From a virus (taxonomy: Duplodnaviria > Caudoviricetes), in the IMG/VR virus record IMGVR_UViG_3300032897_000004, positions 1 to 60,678 of that record: 60,678 nucleotides of DNA, one strand, 5' to 3'. This document shows, piece after piece, positions 17,947 through 27,707 of this stretch. The notes under the pieces were generated by a model. That model ran no database searches. It worked only from the letters and a program-made list of their open reading frames with translations, and was not told the origin of the DNA. The translations under genes were made by a program, and so were the position numbers. Every line of letters begins with the position of its first letter. Positions within the stretch are counted from its first letter, which is position 1.

Positions 17947-18348
17947 TTAGAGACTCGCCGTGCCCGGAAGCACGAAGATTTCGACGACGTCGTTGGCGTT
18001 GACGGTCTGTGCCTCAAGGGCGAAACCAACAACGTTGTCCTGGTCCTGCACGCCGCCAACGAGAGCCCCGCTCGCGGTTGCACCGGCCTCCAGCCAGTCA
18101 CGAACGGCGACGTCGGTGTTGCCGTTCACGGCTGCCTTCGAGGGGCCGAAGATACGAACAACAGCCTCCTGATTAGCAGTCGGCTTGTTCTGCAGAATGC
18201 CGAGCACGACGTCATTGCCGGTGCCGCTAACCACATCGCACGTACCAGCCGTTGCCCCCGCCTTAACAGGGAAGTACTGTAGAGCGCTTAGGTCGGACGC
18301 TGCCTTGAACGTCAGGTCAAGAGCATACTGAGAATGAACTTGAGACAT
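17947..18348 (-). CDS. Capsid cement/decoration protein (DUF2190-like), copy 1
   Basis: Tandem paralogue of 17499-17906. Confidence 0.75.
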   Translation of the reverse strand: MSQVHSQYALDLTFKAASDLSALQYFPVKAGATAGTCDVVSGTGNDVVLGILQNKPTANQEAVVRIFGPSKAAVNGNTDVAVRDWLEAGATASGALVGGVQDQDNVVGFALEAQTVNANDVVEIFVLPGTASL

Positions 18349-18425
18349 CTATGTTTTCACTCCCTTCTGGGGGAACGAGAAGAGGGCCTTGCGGCCCTCT
18401 GGTTTGCGAAACGATGGGCTAAGTG

Positions 18426-20747
18426 TTATTCGGCGCGGCCGAGCATCTGCGGATGGGCGACTTCCTTGTCGTCCACGAAGCGGATGCCGTATGCCTCGGC
18501 GAGAGCCTTGTTCTCCTTGAGAACGCGGTTCTGGCAGGTGCCATAGTCCACGTCCGGGTGAGCGAGGCGATACTCCTTGGTCAGCTCGGCGAGCTTGACA
18601 TGAGCGTTCTCGGGAGAGATTTCGTCCTCTTCCTTGTTCTCGCCAGCACTGCGTTCACTCAGGTCGACAGCGACCTTGTCCTTCTGAGAACTCAAGACCT
18701 CCTTGAAGAGGTCATAGTCACTGAGAGCGAGCTTACGAAGCCAGCCCGGATTCTCATCGTCGCCGATGTCGGCGGGGAGAATCTTGTTCTCGGCGAGAGC
18801 GACGGAGAGGAGCTTCTCGACCTTCGCAGCACGCTTAGCCTTCTTCGCTTCGGTAAGCTTATCGTTAGCTTCGGTAAGAGCCTTTTCGGTCTCGGCGAGC
18901 TTGCGCTCCGCCTCGTCCTTGGCCTCAGTCAGCTCAACCTCACGCGCCTCGAATGCGGCGAGGATTGCGTCCTCACTGGCCTCTTCACTCAGACCGAACT
19001 TTTCGGTCAGCTTGGTCATCTTGGTTTTCATCTCCTTTCGGACACTCATCGCGTCCAACATTGCTTCCGTTAGCTGCTTCGACTTCGCCGTAGGCTTTGC
19101 CGCAGCAACCTTGTTTTTCGCTTCCTTCATGAACATCTTCGCAGCGCCCACGCCGGTCTTACCGTGCATGTGGTTGCTCAGCTTCTCCATGATGGCTTCC
19201 ATCTCGGAGATGAGGTCATCGGTCGCCGAGGAACCGTCCTCGTCCTCGTTAGCTTCCTCCGGGTCGGCAGCGTCGTCCTTCGCCGCGGCCTTCTCGGTCT
19301 TGGCCTCTTCCTCGTGGTTCTCGACGTCGTTGTTCACGCCGTCGCGCTGGTCGGTCTTCGGGTCGGGCTCCTCCTCGGCGATGACGTGCTCGCCGTTGGG
19401 GTTCCACTCGCCCGGCTTGTTGGCCGTCTTCGAGTCGGCGACGTTGTCTACATCGTCGGCATTGGATGCCTGCTTGGTGGTCGGCTTGGCCTGCGTGCCC
19501 CGCGAGGGGTTGACGCCGGTCGAGGCCGGGTCCGCCATGTTGCCCAGAGTCTGCACAGGCGGCTGGTTCTGAGCGCCTGCGGCGCGGTCGGCGGGCGTCT
19601 GTACGGGGCCAGCCGTCGTGACGCCGGGGGCCGGAGCCGGAGGCATGGGCATCTGCACCTGACCGGTAGTGACTACACCGCCGGTCTGCGGATTAGGCTT
19701 GGGCGATGCCACGCTCTTCACCTTGATGGCCAGCTGCGCCATCATCTGCATGATGTTGTTGATGAGGTCCTGCTCGTCTTGAATCGCCGGAGTGATGCCC
19801 GGACCGGGCGCTGTCTGCGGCGGATGAACAGGCACGACAGGGTTACGCGGAACGACGGGAACGCCCGCCAGCTCGATGGGCTCCATCTCGATGAAGGGAG
19901 CCTCGACCTGCGGGGCCTCGCTCAGTCCGAACGGAGACATTGCTTCCAGGTCGGCCTCGCTGGCGGCCACCGGACCCATCATGCGCAGGACCGGCACGTT
20001 CGTGAGACAACCACTCTTCAGAACGGGACTCTTAATCTCGCCGGTCTCGGGCACCTTGTGGGGGCCAAAGTAGGGCGAGATGTAGCGATAACGCTCACCA
20101 CGGATGAGTTCCTCACCGTGCTTGTTCCAGTGAACCTTCGCATAAAGCGCCTCGCCACCAGCCCACGGTCGAATCGAGAGGTCCTTAATCCAACCCTCTG
20201 CCGGTGCCGACTGGTCATGACGACCGGACGCCTCGATGAAGGGCTCCGTCTCGCCTAGAACCTTGTCCTTGAAGTTCTGAACGATGCTTTCCGCCACCGG
20301 ACGAGTCAGGTCGAGGTCGTCGTACTTCGAGGTGCTGTAGTGGCCGATAGGGAACATCATCACGTCGACATCAGAGCAGCCCACGTCTTCCGACGCGGCG
20401 ACCTTGATGCCAACCTGACTGGCATAACGCTTCGCCTTCGCCAGCGCCGAAGCCTTCGCATCAGCGGAGACGCTCGACTGCGGAATCCGGCCTAGAGCAT
20501 TACGGATGTGAGCCTCATCGAGTCCACCCTGTGCATTCCGATAGGGAAAGTGACGCAGGCCGCGGGGCACCGTCTTGCCGTCCTTGTCTTTCTTGCCACC
20601 GGGCTCGATATACAGGAAGGCACTGTCGGGAAGGTCATTTTCTGCTTTTCCAGAAAGTACGGACATACTTTTATTCACCTCCCCTTTTTGGGTAGGAACT
20701 TTGACCTTAACTGCTGATGGGATGTGTACATCGCCGGGGTCTAACAT
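18426..20747 (-). CDS. Capsid maturation protease (Mu gpI-like) fused to scaffold
   Basis: HDQSAPAEGWI, YRYISPYF, LTNVP motifs; N-terminal LPDSAF..RHFPY domain; Pro-rich and acidic linkers; C-terminal coiled coil. Confidence 0.85.
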   Translation of the reverse strand: MLDPGDVHIPSAVKVKVPTQKGEVNKSMSVLSGKAENDLPDSAFLYIEPGGKKDKDGKTVPRGLRHFPYRNAQGGLDEAHIRNALGRIPQSSVSADAKASALAKAKRYASQVGIKVAASEDVGCSDVDVMMFPIGHYSTSKYDDLDLTRPVAESIVQNFKDKVLGETEPFIEASGRHDQSAPAEGWIKDLSIRPWAGGEALYAKVHWNKHGEELIRGERYRYISPYFGPHKVPETGEIKSPVLKSGCLTNVPVLRMMGPVAASEADLEAMSPFGLSEAPQVEAPFIEMEPIELAGVPVVPRNPVVPVHPPQTAPGPGITPAIQDEQDLINNIMQMMAQLAIKVKSVASPKPNPQTGGVVTTGQVQMPMPPAPAPGVTTAGPVQTPADRAAGAQNQPPVQTLGNMADPASTGVNPSRGTQAKPTTKQASNADDVDNVADSKTANKPGEWNPNGEHVIAEEEPDPKTDQRDGVNNDVENHEEEAKTEKAAAKDDAADPEEANEDEDGSSATDDLISEMEAIMEKLSNHMHGKTGVGAAKMFMKEAKNKVAAAKPTAKSKQLTEAMLDAMSVRKEMKTKMTKLTEKFGLSEEASEDAILAAFEAREVELTEAKDEAERKLAETEKALTEANDKLTEAKKAKRAAKVEKLLSVALAENKILPADIGDDENPGWLRKLALSDYDLFKEVLSSQKDKVAVDLSERSAGENKEEDEISPENAHVKLAELTKEYRLAHPDVDYGTCQNRVLKENKALAEAYGIRFVDDKEVAHPQMLGRAE

Positions 20748-22099
20748 TAGCCCTCCGGCTGGGGGTCGATTTCGTCGTGTGTCGGTTCATAATCGCCGTC
20801 GGTTGGCGGGTCATAGCTGAAGTCGCCCACTAGGTTCGTCGGCGCAGTCGTCTGCGGCGTGTTGTAGGTGTCAAGCAGCTCCTCCGCGGGCAGCTCGGCT
20901 TCCTGACGGAGCCAGCGCCACGTGTTCGGACCGAAGGTCATGCCAGCCTGCTCAAGGTTCTTCATGGCAATGCCGAACGCCTTGAAGTCGATGCGGTTGA
21001 CGCGCCCGACGACGAGCCGCGGCATGTTCTCAGCCCAGTCCGAGAAGTTGTAACGGCACAACTCGGGAATGATGCCTGACGAATGGTTGTTAAACACTTC
21101 GCAAATGTACGTCGCTCGCGCCTGAATCGAGTCCATGAACATGTCGCCCAGCGTGCGCCCTAAGGCACGCGAGCCAGTCTGCGTGCGCCCAAGGTCAAGC
21201 ACCTCGGCGACCACCGCGTTGGACATCTCCTCGTTGCAGTAGTTGATGAAGTCGAGGAGGTCCTTCAGCGTGTAGCCGCTGGCGGCCTCAATCACGGCCT
21301 CCCAGTTCGGCGGCAGCATGATGTACATCTGCTCGTTGGCGGAGAAATTCGCGCCAATCGAGTTGGCTTGGTCGATGTCCTGCTGGGTCGCACCGACCGG
21401 CACCTGAAACTTCAGGAAGCCACCCATCCTCTCGGCGAGGATGAGCAGCAAAATCTCAGCCCGCTCCTTGTTGTACCAGGGCTTGTACATCGAGCGAAGC
21501 ATCGGCACGCCGCGGAAGTTGTCGCCTTCCTTCTGGTTGACAAACCAGAGCAGCTTGTAGCCGGGAATCTCGACATAGCCCTTTTCCAGCGTCATCTGCT
21601 TGACCGCATAACACATCCGGTCACGCACCCAGATTTCGATGATGGTCTTGGGTGGCAGCCAGCCGAGCCGCTTAATGCGAATGTTGCCGTCTTCGTACTT
21701 CCAGCAGCGCTCGAAGCAGCTCATGCCGTAGGCTTCGTACGTTAGAATCTCGTGCAGGGTCTCGCGCCATGTCCGGTCCATGTTCTGGAAGAGACAGTGC
21801 GAGACAAACTCCTTAATCTGGTCGGCCCGCGGGTCGCCCGGGTGGGCCGAATGAATCTGCCAGTTGGCATGCAGCAGCGGCAGGTCCATGGCGTTCAGCA
21901 CCCCGGCCAGCTTCGGGTCGCTCCAGCGCATGCGGTCGTAGATGCGGTAACCGTTGGGCGGCGTCAGGTCCGGGTTGTACTCCTGAACCGCCAAGCGGCC
22001 CAGGATGCCATAGGTCATACTGGTAGCGCCCAGCTCCCTGAAGTCGGGGTCTGGCACGTTATCGGATGAGCCCTTAAACTTCGGAACGACTAGCTTCAA
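20747..22099 (-). CDS. Portal protein (DUF935 / Mu gp29-like)
   Basis: YGMSCFE..W, G.PMLRSMYKPWYNK, GSRALG; follows the terminase. Confidence 0.85.
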   Translation of the reverse strand: MKLVVPKFKGSSDNVPDPDFRELGATSMTYGILGRLAVQEYNPDLTPPNGYRIYDRMRWSDPKLAGVLNAMDLPLLHANWQIHSAHPGDPRADQIKEFVSHCLFQNMDRTWRETLHEILTYEAYGMSCFERCWKYEDGNIRIKRLGWLPPKTIIEIWVRDRMCYAVKQMTLEKGYVEIPGYKLLWFVNQKEGDNFRGVPMLRSMYKPWYNKERAEILLLILAERMGGFLKFQVPVGATQQDIDQANSIGANFSANEQMYIMLPPNWEAVIEAASGYTLKDLLDFINYCNEEMSNAVVAEVLDLGRTQTGSRALGRTLGDMFMDSIQARATYICEVFNNHSSGIIPELCRYNFSDWAENMPRLVVGRVNRIDFKAFGIAMKNLEQAGMTFGPNTWRWLRQEAELPAEELLDTYNTPQTTAPTNLVGDFSYDPPTDGDYEPTHDEIDPQPEG

Positions 22100-23530
22100 T
22101 TACCACACCTTGCTCTTCAGACCGCCCGTTGTCGGGCGGGTCTGGAAAACGTTCTCTGACGTGACCTCATCGAAGTGACCGGCATAACCAACCATCAGGT
22201 TGAAGATGCCGTACCGCAGCGCGTCCATGACGTGCCCGTAGTACTTGTCCTTCGCATAGACGTCGGGCTGGTCCTTCTCCGGTATCAATGTCTCGAAGGC
22301 TGCAATCAGCTCCTTGCAGCTCGGGTCAACCAGCAGCCACTGAGCACTCGCCAGATGGTTCTGAATGAGCACGCAGCCATCCTTGAAGGCGCTGCGCATC
22401 GCCACAGGAGCCAAGTTCGCCTGCGAGAAGACCTGCATCTCAGACTGCGCTGTCTGAGGATTGCGGCCATAGCCCGCCGGGTCGCAGTAAGTGCAGAGCG
22501 GCTGCACGCCGATTCGCTCATCCTCCGCATGAATCAGTCCCGCGAACTGCTGCGTCGTGACGTCCTGCGGACAAATCTCATGAATGACGACGACCCTGCC
22601 CGTCGCCGTCAACGTGAGCCAAAGGCAAGCAACATGGTTCAGACCAAAGTCAACAGCTCGGAAAATCGGCTGATGCCGAAACTGTAGGTCCTCAAGGTCA
22701 ATCAGCGTGTTGGCATGCTTCTTCTGGTCAAACCGGTCAAAGAAGATGCCTTCCGCCGAGGCGAACGCCTCCTCCGGGTCGGCACAGAACTCGCGCCGGG
22801 CGAGCCGGATTCGAATCGCGTTGGTTACGTTCGCCTCGTACCATGCTGCGTCGCGGCTCGGGTCGGCATCCCAACGCAAAAACACCGGCACGAACTGCTC
22901 TCGATGCGGTTCCACCCAAAGCTGGTGGAAGAAGTCACTGCGTCTATATCCAGTCGAAACAACCGTGATTCGCTGCGCCGCGGGCTTCACGGTGGCCCAC
23001 ATCTCTTCCTGATACGGCATGAACGCCATCTCGTCGATTACCGCTCCCCATGGAGCGTATGAACGCATCATCGACTCCGTGGCGGGCAGTACCCGGAACA
23101 TGCAGCCGTTCATGAACCCCAGCGACAGTTTCGAGTTATCGTCGGGGTTGAGCGGCGCACGCCACTTTGGCGGCAAGTTGTTGCGCAACACCTTCAGGCG
23201 TCGCAGCATCTCCTTGCCCTCGTCCTCGCGCTTCGAGCACAGGACGATAAGCTTCGGACCCTCGAACGTTGCCTCCCAAAGGTAGTAGGCCAGCGCCAGC
23301 CACGTGATGCCGAGCTGCCGAGCCTTGAGAACAATGACCTTCGGGTTGTCCTGCATCGTCTGCAGGAGCCGCTTCTGTTCGGGCCACAACTTAAAGGGGA
23401 CAAGGGTTCCACTTACCTTGTCCTCAAGCTTACACGACTCTACAAATTCAATGAGGTCGGGCCTTCGATAGCGCTCAGTGGTGCGAGCTACTATTTCCCG
23501 CCAAACCTGCGAGCTGTCGGAGTTCGTCAA
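22100..23530 (-). CDS. terL: Terminase large subunit
   Basis: LKARQLGIT (Walker A), VIDEMAF (Walker B), VVSTG, AVDFG and HVMDALRY nuclease motifs. Confidence 0.95.
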   Translation of the reverse strand: MTNSDSSQVWREIVARTTERYRRPDLIEFVESCKLEDKVSGTLVPFKLWPEQKRLLQTMQDNPKVIVLKARQLGITWLALAYYLWEATFEGPKLIVLCSKREDEGKEMLRRLKVLRNNLPPKWRAPLNPDDNSKLSLGFMNGCMFRVLPATESMMRSYAPWGAVIDEMAFMPYQEEMWATVKPAAQRITVVSTGYRRSDFFHQLWVEPHREQFVPVFLRWDADPSRDAAWYEANVTNAIRIRLARREFCADPEEAFASAEGIFFDRFDQKKHANTLIDLEDLQFRHQPIFRAVDFGLNHVACLWLTLTATGRVVVIHEICPQDVTTQQFAGLIHAEDERIGVQPLCTYCDPAGYGRNPQTAQSEMQVFSQANLAPVAMRSAFKDGCVLIQNHLASAQWLLVDPSCKELIAAFETLIPEKDQPDVYAKDKYYGHVMDALRYGIFNLMVGYAGHFDEVTSENVFQTRPTTGGLKSKVW

Positions 23531-23927
23531 TGAAATCGTTTCTCTCCGTTTCGGGAATGCGCTTCAACGCCAACTCAACCAGCTGCTCGTAGCGTTCGCG
23601 CATGGCCTCTTCCGAGTAACCATTCTCGCGCGGGTCGGTCCGACGCCAATGCTCTGGGTCGTTGTTGCACAACCAAAAGATGATGGCCGTGACATTGCCG
23701 TTCATCGCCTTGTCGAACAGCATGTCCTTGACCTGCTCGTTCGCCATCGCCTTGGCTTCCTTGATTTCCTCGCGGAGCATAGGGTCCAAGTTCATATGGT
23801 CATAAAGGCAATAACGGCTGATGCCGAGCTTCTTCAGTGCATAGCTCTGACTACAGCCACCGGCTAGCATCTCAAGGAACTGCTGGCGGACTTCTGAAGT
23901 CCACTTATAGCCATCTCTGTCAGGCAC
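23475..23927 (-). CDS. terS: Terminase small subunit
   Basis: HTH-like N-terminus, LFDKAMNGNVTAIIFWLCN..PEHW, directly upstream of terL. Confidence 0.8.
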   Translation of the reverse strand: MPDRDGYKWTSEVRQQFLEMLAGGCSQSYALKKLGISRYCLYDHMNLDPMLREEIKEAKAMANEQVKDMLFDKAMNGNVTAIIFWLCNNDPEHWRRTDPRENGYSEEAMRERYEQLVELALKRIPETERNDFIDELRQLAGLAGNSSSHH

Positions 23928-24118
23928 TAGTATGCACCCTCAATCTTAACGTTCACCCTCATGGGCTTCTCGCGACCAAACGCCGCGAGTTTGATAACCT
24001 CGGGCAACTGTGACGCGTCGCACATCAACACGATGCGCGCCGTACCGTCAGCGTACATGCCGACCGTCATGCCCTTATCGAACAACGTGGCGTAGAAGTT
24101 TACCTCTAGGTCGCCCAT
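23927..24118 (-). CDS. Hypothetical protein
   Basis: Coupled to terS. Confidence 0.55.
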   Translation of the reverse strand: MGDLEVNFYATLFDKGMTVGMYADGTARIVLMCDASQLPEVIKLAAFGREKPMRVNVKIEGAY

Positions 24119-24423
24119 GGCTTCGTAAATGCCTCCGTGATACCCAGTAACAGACTGTCAATGTTGTCAGGAGTAACCGGCTCACGTAGTTGCACCAAGC
24201 CGTCGTGATACCCACGATGGCAGCGACTACAGAGCAACATCAAGTTCTCCATATCGTCGCCGCCGCCTTGGCTACGACGCTTGCGATGATGGACTTCGAA
24301 TGGCCCCTTGTGGGAACCACAGTTTTCACAGTACCCGCGGCCACGAGCCTTGCGGATATTGGCGCGGCAGTGAAGCGGGGGTGCGTTTTCAGTGCGACCT
24401 TCGAGTCGCTTATCGTCGCCCAT
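24106..24423 (-). CDS. Packaging-associated HNH endonuclease (HK97 gp74-like)
   Basis: CENCG...EVHHRKRRSQGGGDDMENLMLLCSRCH just upstream of terminase genes; ATG 24423. Confidence 0.8.
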   Translation of the reverse strand: MGDDKRLEGRTENAPPLHCRANIRKARGRGYCENCGSHKGPFEVHHRKRRSQGGGDDMENLMLLCSRCHRGYHDGLVQLREPVTPDNIDSLLLGITEAFTKPWAT

Positions 24424-24434
24424 GCTGCTTGCAC

Positions 24435-24752
24435 TTAGCGGTGCTTGCGCACGACTGCGCTGCTTACTCCCTCGGGGAGATACCGCGCCAGCTTTGCTGC
24501 TTCGAACATGCCGGGCGTAGGTTCTTGGAGCCGTTCGAACTGGGGCCGCCATGCGTTAATGCGACTCAGCTCGGCCATCTCCCAGCGGTCCATGTTGTTC
24601 CGCTGCGGAGGGAAGTACGAGTAGTGAGCGCCTTGCATGCACTCGACAATCTCGTCCAGCTCGTGTTTGCGCGCCTCGACGGCGCGTTCCAATCGACTCC
24701 GTAGAATCTCCTCTCGGCGGATTCTGTCTTGCTGCTGGTTCAGGGCTACCAT
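24435..24752 (-). CDS. Hypothetical protein
   Basis: ORF downstream of an extended -10 promoter. Confidence 0.5.
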   Translation of the reverse strand: MVALNQQQDRIRREEILRSRLERAVEARKHELDEIVECMQGAHYSYFPPQRNNMDRWEMAELSRINAWRPQFERLQEPTPGMFEAAKLARYLPEGVSSAVVRKHR

Positions 24753-24780
24753 CCATCAAATTGTGGTTAGCTTCATACTA

Positions 24781-24789
24781 ATTATAACA
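24781..24789 (-). promoter_or_regulatory. Extended -10 promoter (TGtTATAAT), candidate promoter for the packaging/virion operon
   Basis: Reverse complement of attataaca in an AT-rich intergenic gap. Confidence 0.55.
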
Positions 24790-24807
24790 CAAGGGGTACA
24801 ACATCCG

Positions 24808-25029
24808 TTAGCCTTCTATTAAACCGCAGAGGTAGTACTGGAGAGTGAACATTGCCCTCGCGTGAATCTGCTTCGCCGCCCCGACTTGACACCCCATTTC
24901 CTCCGCAATCTCAGGGAAAGACATGCCACAGACCCAACGCATGAAGACCACGTCGCGCTGGCGCTCGGAGAGTGCATCATACGGCACGTTGACAAAGTTG
25001 TCGCTCCAGTCGTCCTCATCGTAGTTCAT
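24808..25029 (-). CDS. Sigma-70 region 4-like HTH protein
   Basis: LSERQRDVVFMRW..GMSFPEIAEEMG....AKQIHARA; ATG 25029. Confidence 0.75.
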   Translation of the reverse strand: MNYDEDDWSDNFVNVPYDALSERQRDVVFMRWVCGMSFPEIAEEMGCQVGAAKQIHARAMFTLQYYLCGLIEG

Positions 25030-25376
25030 GAGTGCAGGGCGCAGTAACGCCCCCGGTTGTAGCGGGACAGGACCGTCGTGCAGCCTGCATGCCCACAGAT
25101 GCGCACGGGTGGCTTGCAGACAAAGTGTCCCCTGTTGTCGATGAAGCAGTTGAAGCCCATGCGCTCCAACTGTAGGACGAGCTTCCGTATCTCTGACTGT
25201 TCGATGCGCAGGTGAAAGGCAGCCTCTTTGACGCTGCTGTATCGGATGCACCAGCCGTCTAACAGCTTCCGCTGCATGTTGTTGAGGTGTACGTCGGACG
25301 GACTGTCGCCCAACTCCCGCGAGCCGCGGGCATGCACTCCGCTGCCCTCATCCCAGCGGTAGCGATGCAGCTCCAT
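25026..25376 (-). CDS. Hypothetical protein with C-terminal Zn finger
   Basis: CGHAGCTTVLSRYNRGRYCALH. Confidence 0.6.
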   Translation of the reverse strand: MELHRYRWDEGSGVHARGSRELGDSPSDVHLNNMQRKLLDGWCIRYSSVKEAAFHLRIEQSEIRKLVLQLERMGFNCFIDNRGHFVCKPPVRICGHAGCTTVLSRYNRGRYCALHS

Positions 25377-25714
25377 CAGGATGCCTCAACGCCCGTAACG
25401 TAGTCGTAGAGGCGATGGAGGTCAGCTTCTTCCCAGGTGGCGATGACGCGACAGACATCGTAGTAGGTGTCCTTGTTGAGGAGAGCGTCGCAGAGCCACT
25501 CAGGAGCCCGCTTGGCGCGTCGCAACAGCTCATGCTTGCCGACGCCCAGCCGCTCCGCCAAAGCCTCCATGACGGCCTCTGAGGGCGGCCCACAAAGGTC
25601 ACGCTCGATGAGCGAGAGGTACGGCGCTGAGATACCGACATCCTTGGCCAACTCGCGCAAGCCCAGACCACAATCTTCCCTCAGCGTGCGAAGAAAAGTT
25701 CCCAACGTTTCCAT
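25376..25714 (-). CDS. XRE-family HTH transcriptional regulator
   Basis: LGTFLRTLREDCGLGLRELAKDVGISAPYLSLIERD. Confidence 0.9.
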   Translation of the reverse strand: METLGTFLRTLREDCGLGLRELAKDVGISAPYLSLIERDLCGPPSEAVMEALAERLGVGKHELLRRAKRAPEWLCDALLNKDTYYDVCRVIATWEEADLHRLYDYVTGVEAS

Positions 25715-25722
25715 GCTGCCTC

Positions 25723-26046
25723 CTACAGTGCGGGCTTCCCGATGATGTCATCGCAGAAGTTCATCGCATCTGTTAAACTCTCCATAACTTTATAAACTGC
25801 CTTGTGAGCCTCAACATCTCGCTGGAAGTCGATTTGAGAGTCTCGCTGTTTCTTTCCGGGCTGTTTGACTTCGATGTAGTAAGTGATGCCATCGCGCAAC
25901 GCCAGAAGGTCTGAAATGCCAGGGTACGAATACATGTCTTGATGGACGTGGAAGACGAAAAATCCTCGTAGCCGAAGGTAATCACGAATAGCCTCCTTGA
26001 TTTTTGCCTCTGGCTGCTTGCCCCGTTTACCGGCCCGCGGGCTCAT
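25723..26046 (-). CDS. VRR-NUC / Holliday-junction resolvase-like nuclease
   Basis: E..I...I..YL, GISDL, IEVKQP...Q PD-(D/E)xK motif; ATG 26046. Confidence 0.85.
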   Translation of the reverse strand: MSPRAGKRGKQPEAKIKEAIRDYLRLRGFFVFHVHQDMYSYPGISDLLALRDGITYYIEVKQPGKKQRDSQIDFQRDVEAHKAVYKVMESLTDAMNFCDDIIGKPAL

Positions 26047-26627
26047 GCCGTTTCCCTTCTGCTTTGGCCACTGAGCACCACGAGCGTGCACATACTGCGC
26101 AGACGGTCCACGACCGGCAGGCTGAGGTAGTCCTGCAGTTCGGCCAGCGTGGCGTTGCTGGTGAGAATCGTTGGTAGGCAGTACTCGTAGCGATGGTCGA
26201 CGAGGTCGTAGAACACGCCCTGCAGCCACTCCCTGTTGTTCTGCTGCTCAGTGCCCATGTCGTCAAGGATGAGCAGCGGGGCCACGAGACAGGTCTGCCA
26301 CAGCTCGGCATCGCCGCCGTTGTAGCTGTCCTTGAGGTCGGCCAGCACGGCGCGCATCTTGCAGAGCCTGCCGACCCGTAGCTCACGCATAATGGCGCTA
26401 GCCAGTGTGGTCTTGCCGGTGCCCACCGGGCCGATGAGCAACAGGCCATTAGTTGCAACACCCTTCCTGAAGTCGTCGCACCAGCGACGACAGGTGCGCA
26501 CGGCGTCCGTCTGCTCCATGAGGTCGAAGCTAACGTTGAAGAACCGCGGAGAGATACCGAGGTGGCGCATCTGCAGTTCGAAGTAACGCGTGTCGATTTC
26601 CTCCTGCGTCAGCGGTAGGTAGTTCAT
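26043..26627 (-). CDS. DnaC/IstB-like helicase loader ATPase
   Basis: GPVGTGKT, LLILDDMG, TILTSN, DRL. Confidence 0.9.
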   Translation of the reverse strand: MNYLPLTQEEIDTRYFELQMRHLGISPRFFNVSFDLMEQTDAVRTCRRWCDDFRKGVATNGLLLIGPVGTGKTTLASAIMRELRVGRLCKMRAVLADLKDSYNGGDAELWQTCLVAPLLILDDMGTEQQNNREWLQGVFYDLVDHRYEYCLPTILTSNATLAELQDYLSLPVVDRLRSMCTLVVLSGQSRRETA

Positions 26628-26631
26628 GGCT

Positions 26632-27357
26632 TCACTCCCACTTGTCGGTGTAGACCTTGTTCTCGTCGGGCCTCTGGAAGCTCACCGGATGGTCCGCCGC
26701 GTAGCCCTCGGCGGCCTTGCGGACGTAATTGGCGTTGGGCGCATCCGCGGCGAGAGCGGCCCGCAGACCATGGACGAACGCCTCGGAGCTGAACTCCTGC
26801 TCCATATCCCAGAGGGGCTGGTAGAGCGCTGTCACCACACGACGGTCGGTGATGCGTCCAGTCTTGGTGGTCTGCTCGGCGAGCGCGACACCCATGGCGA
26901 TGTAGGCGCTGGGGTGTTTCGTCTTCGCCAGTATCTCGTTGGCTATCTCGCTCCAGTCGGTGGTGATGAGCGCATCAGCGCAACTTGACTTTTTCTTCGT
27001 GCCACTAGTAGTAATAGGTTTGTCTTTTACTTCTTTCTCTTCTTCCTTGGTAGGTGAAGAAAGTAAAGAAGAACCCAATATACTATTACTACTACTGTCC
27101 TGGCGGTTTTTGTCAATGTATATACCCGCAAGCTTGAGGGTATTTAGCAGTTCTTCGGGATTTGCAGCACTTTCGTCCTCTTCTCCCATTTCTCCTACTT
27201 GGTTGAGGGTATATACACGTGTATATACATCAGGATGCTGGACATAATCGGCCAAAACCATGTAGGAACGCAGCAGGGCGCGGAGGAATCCCCTCGGCTG
27301 TTGGTCGATGAAAATGTTCTCCTCATCGTTGAAGTACGTGCAGCGGCGCTTGCCCAC
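26632..27357 (-). CDS. Putative replication initiator protein
   Basis: Directly upstream of the DnaC-like gene; low-complexity AT-rich middle; C-terminal NYVRKAA (DnaD-like); GTG start. Confidence 0.6.
   Translation of the reverse strand: MGKRRCTYFNDEENIFIDQQPRGFLRALLRSYMVLADYVQHPDVYTRVYTLNQVGEMGEEDESAANPEELLNTLKLAGIYIDKNRQDSSSNSILGSSLLSSPTKEEEKEVKDKPITTSGTKKKSSCADALITTDWSEIANEILAKTKHPSAYIAMGVALAEQTTKTGRITDRRVVTALYQPLWDMEQEFSSEAFVHGLRAALAADAPNANYVRKAAEGYAADHPVSFQRPDENKVYTDKWE
27118..27228. promoter_or_regulatory. Candidate replication origin inside the initiator gene
   Basis: Perfect palindrome GTATATACACGTGTATATAC (27209-27228), inverted GGGTATATAC copy (27118-27127), adjacent AT-rich tract. 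Confidence 0.5.
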
Positions 27358-27707
27358 TACTTCTGCTCCCGGTAGATGGGTTCAGGGGCGTTCAGCTTCT
27401 TGGCGTCGGCCAGGGCCTTGCGGTCCTGAGCCCTGATAGCGCGGTAGCGCTTGACAAAGGAATGGCCTTCGTGGAAACACTCTACACCCACCCCTACTAA
27501 TCCGGCCAAGACTACCACTCCGAGTATCGCAGCGGCGAAGTAGAGCGTGCCGTAGATGCTGTCGCTCTGGGCGTGAAAGCGTCCAGCGCAGACCCACGCC
27601 AGCTGGAAGAACATGCCCGCGGCGAGCCAGCTGAGGCCGCAGGCGACGAAGAAGTAAACGGCATGGGTGAGGCGCTTGGGCTTAAGGTCAATGGTTTTCA
27701 GTTCCAT
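27357..27707 (-). CDS. Membrane protein (2 TM)
   Basis: ATG 27707; two hydrophobic segments. Confidence 0.6.
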   Translation of the reverse strand: MELKTIDLKPKRLTHAVYFFVACGLSWLAAGMFFQLAWVCAGRFHAQSDSIYGTLYFAAAILGVVVLAGLVGVGVECFHEGHSFVKRYRAIRAQDRKALADAKKLNAPEPIYREQK

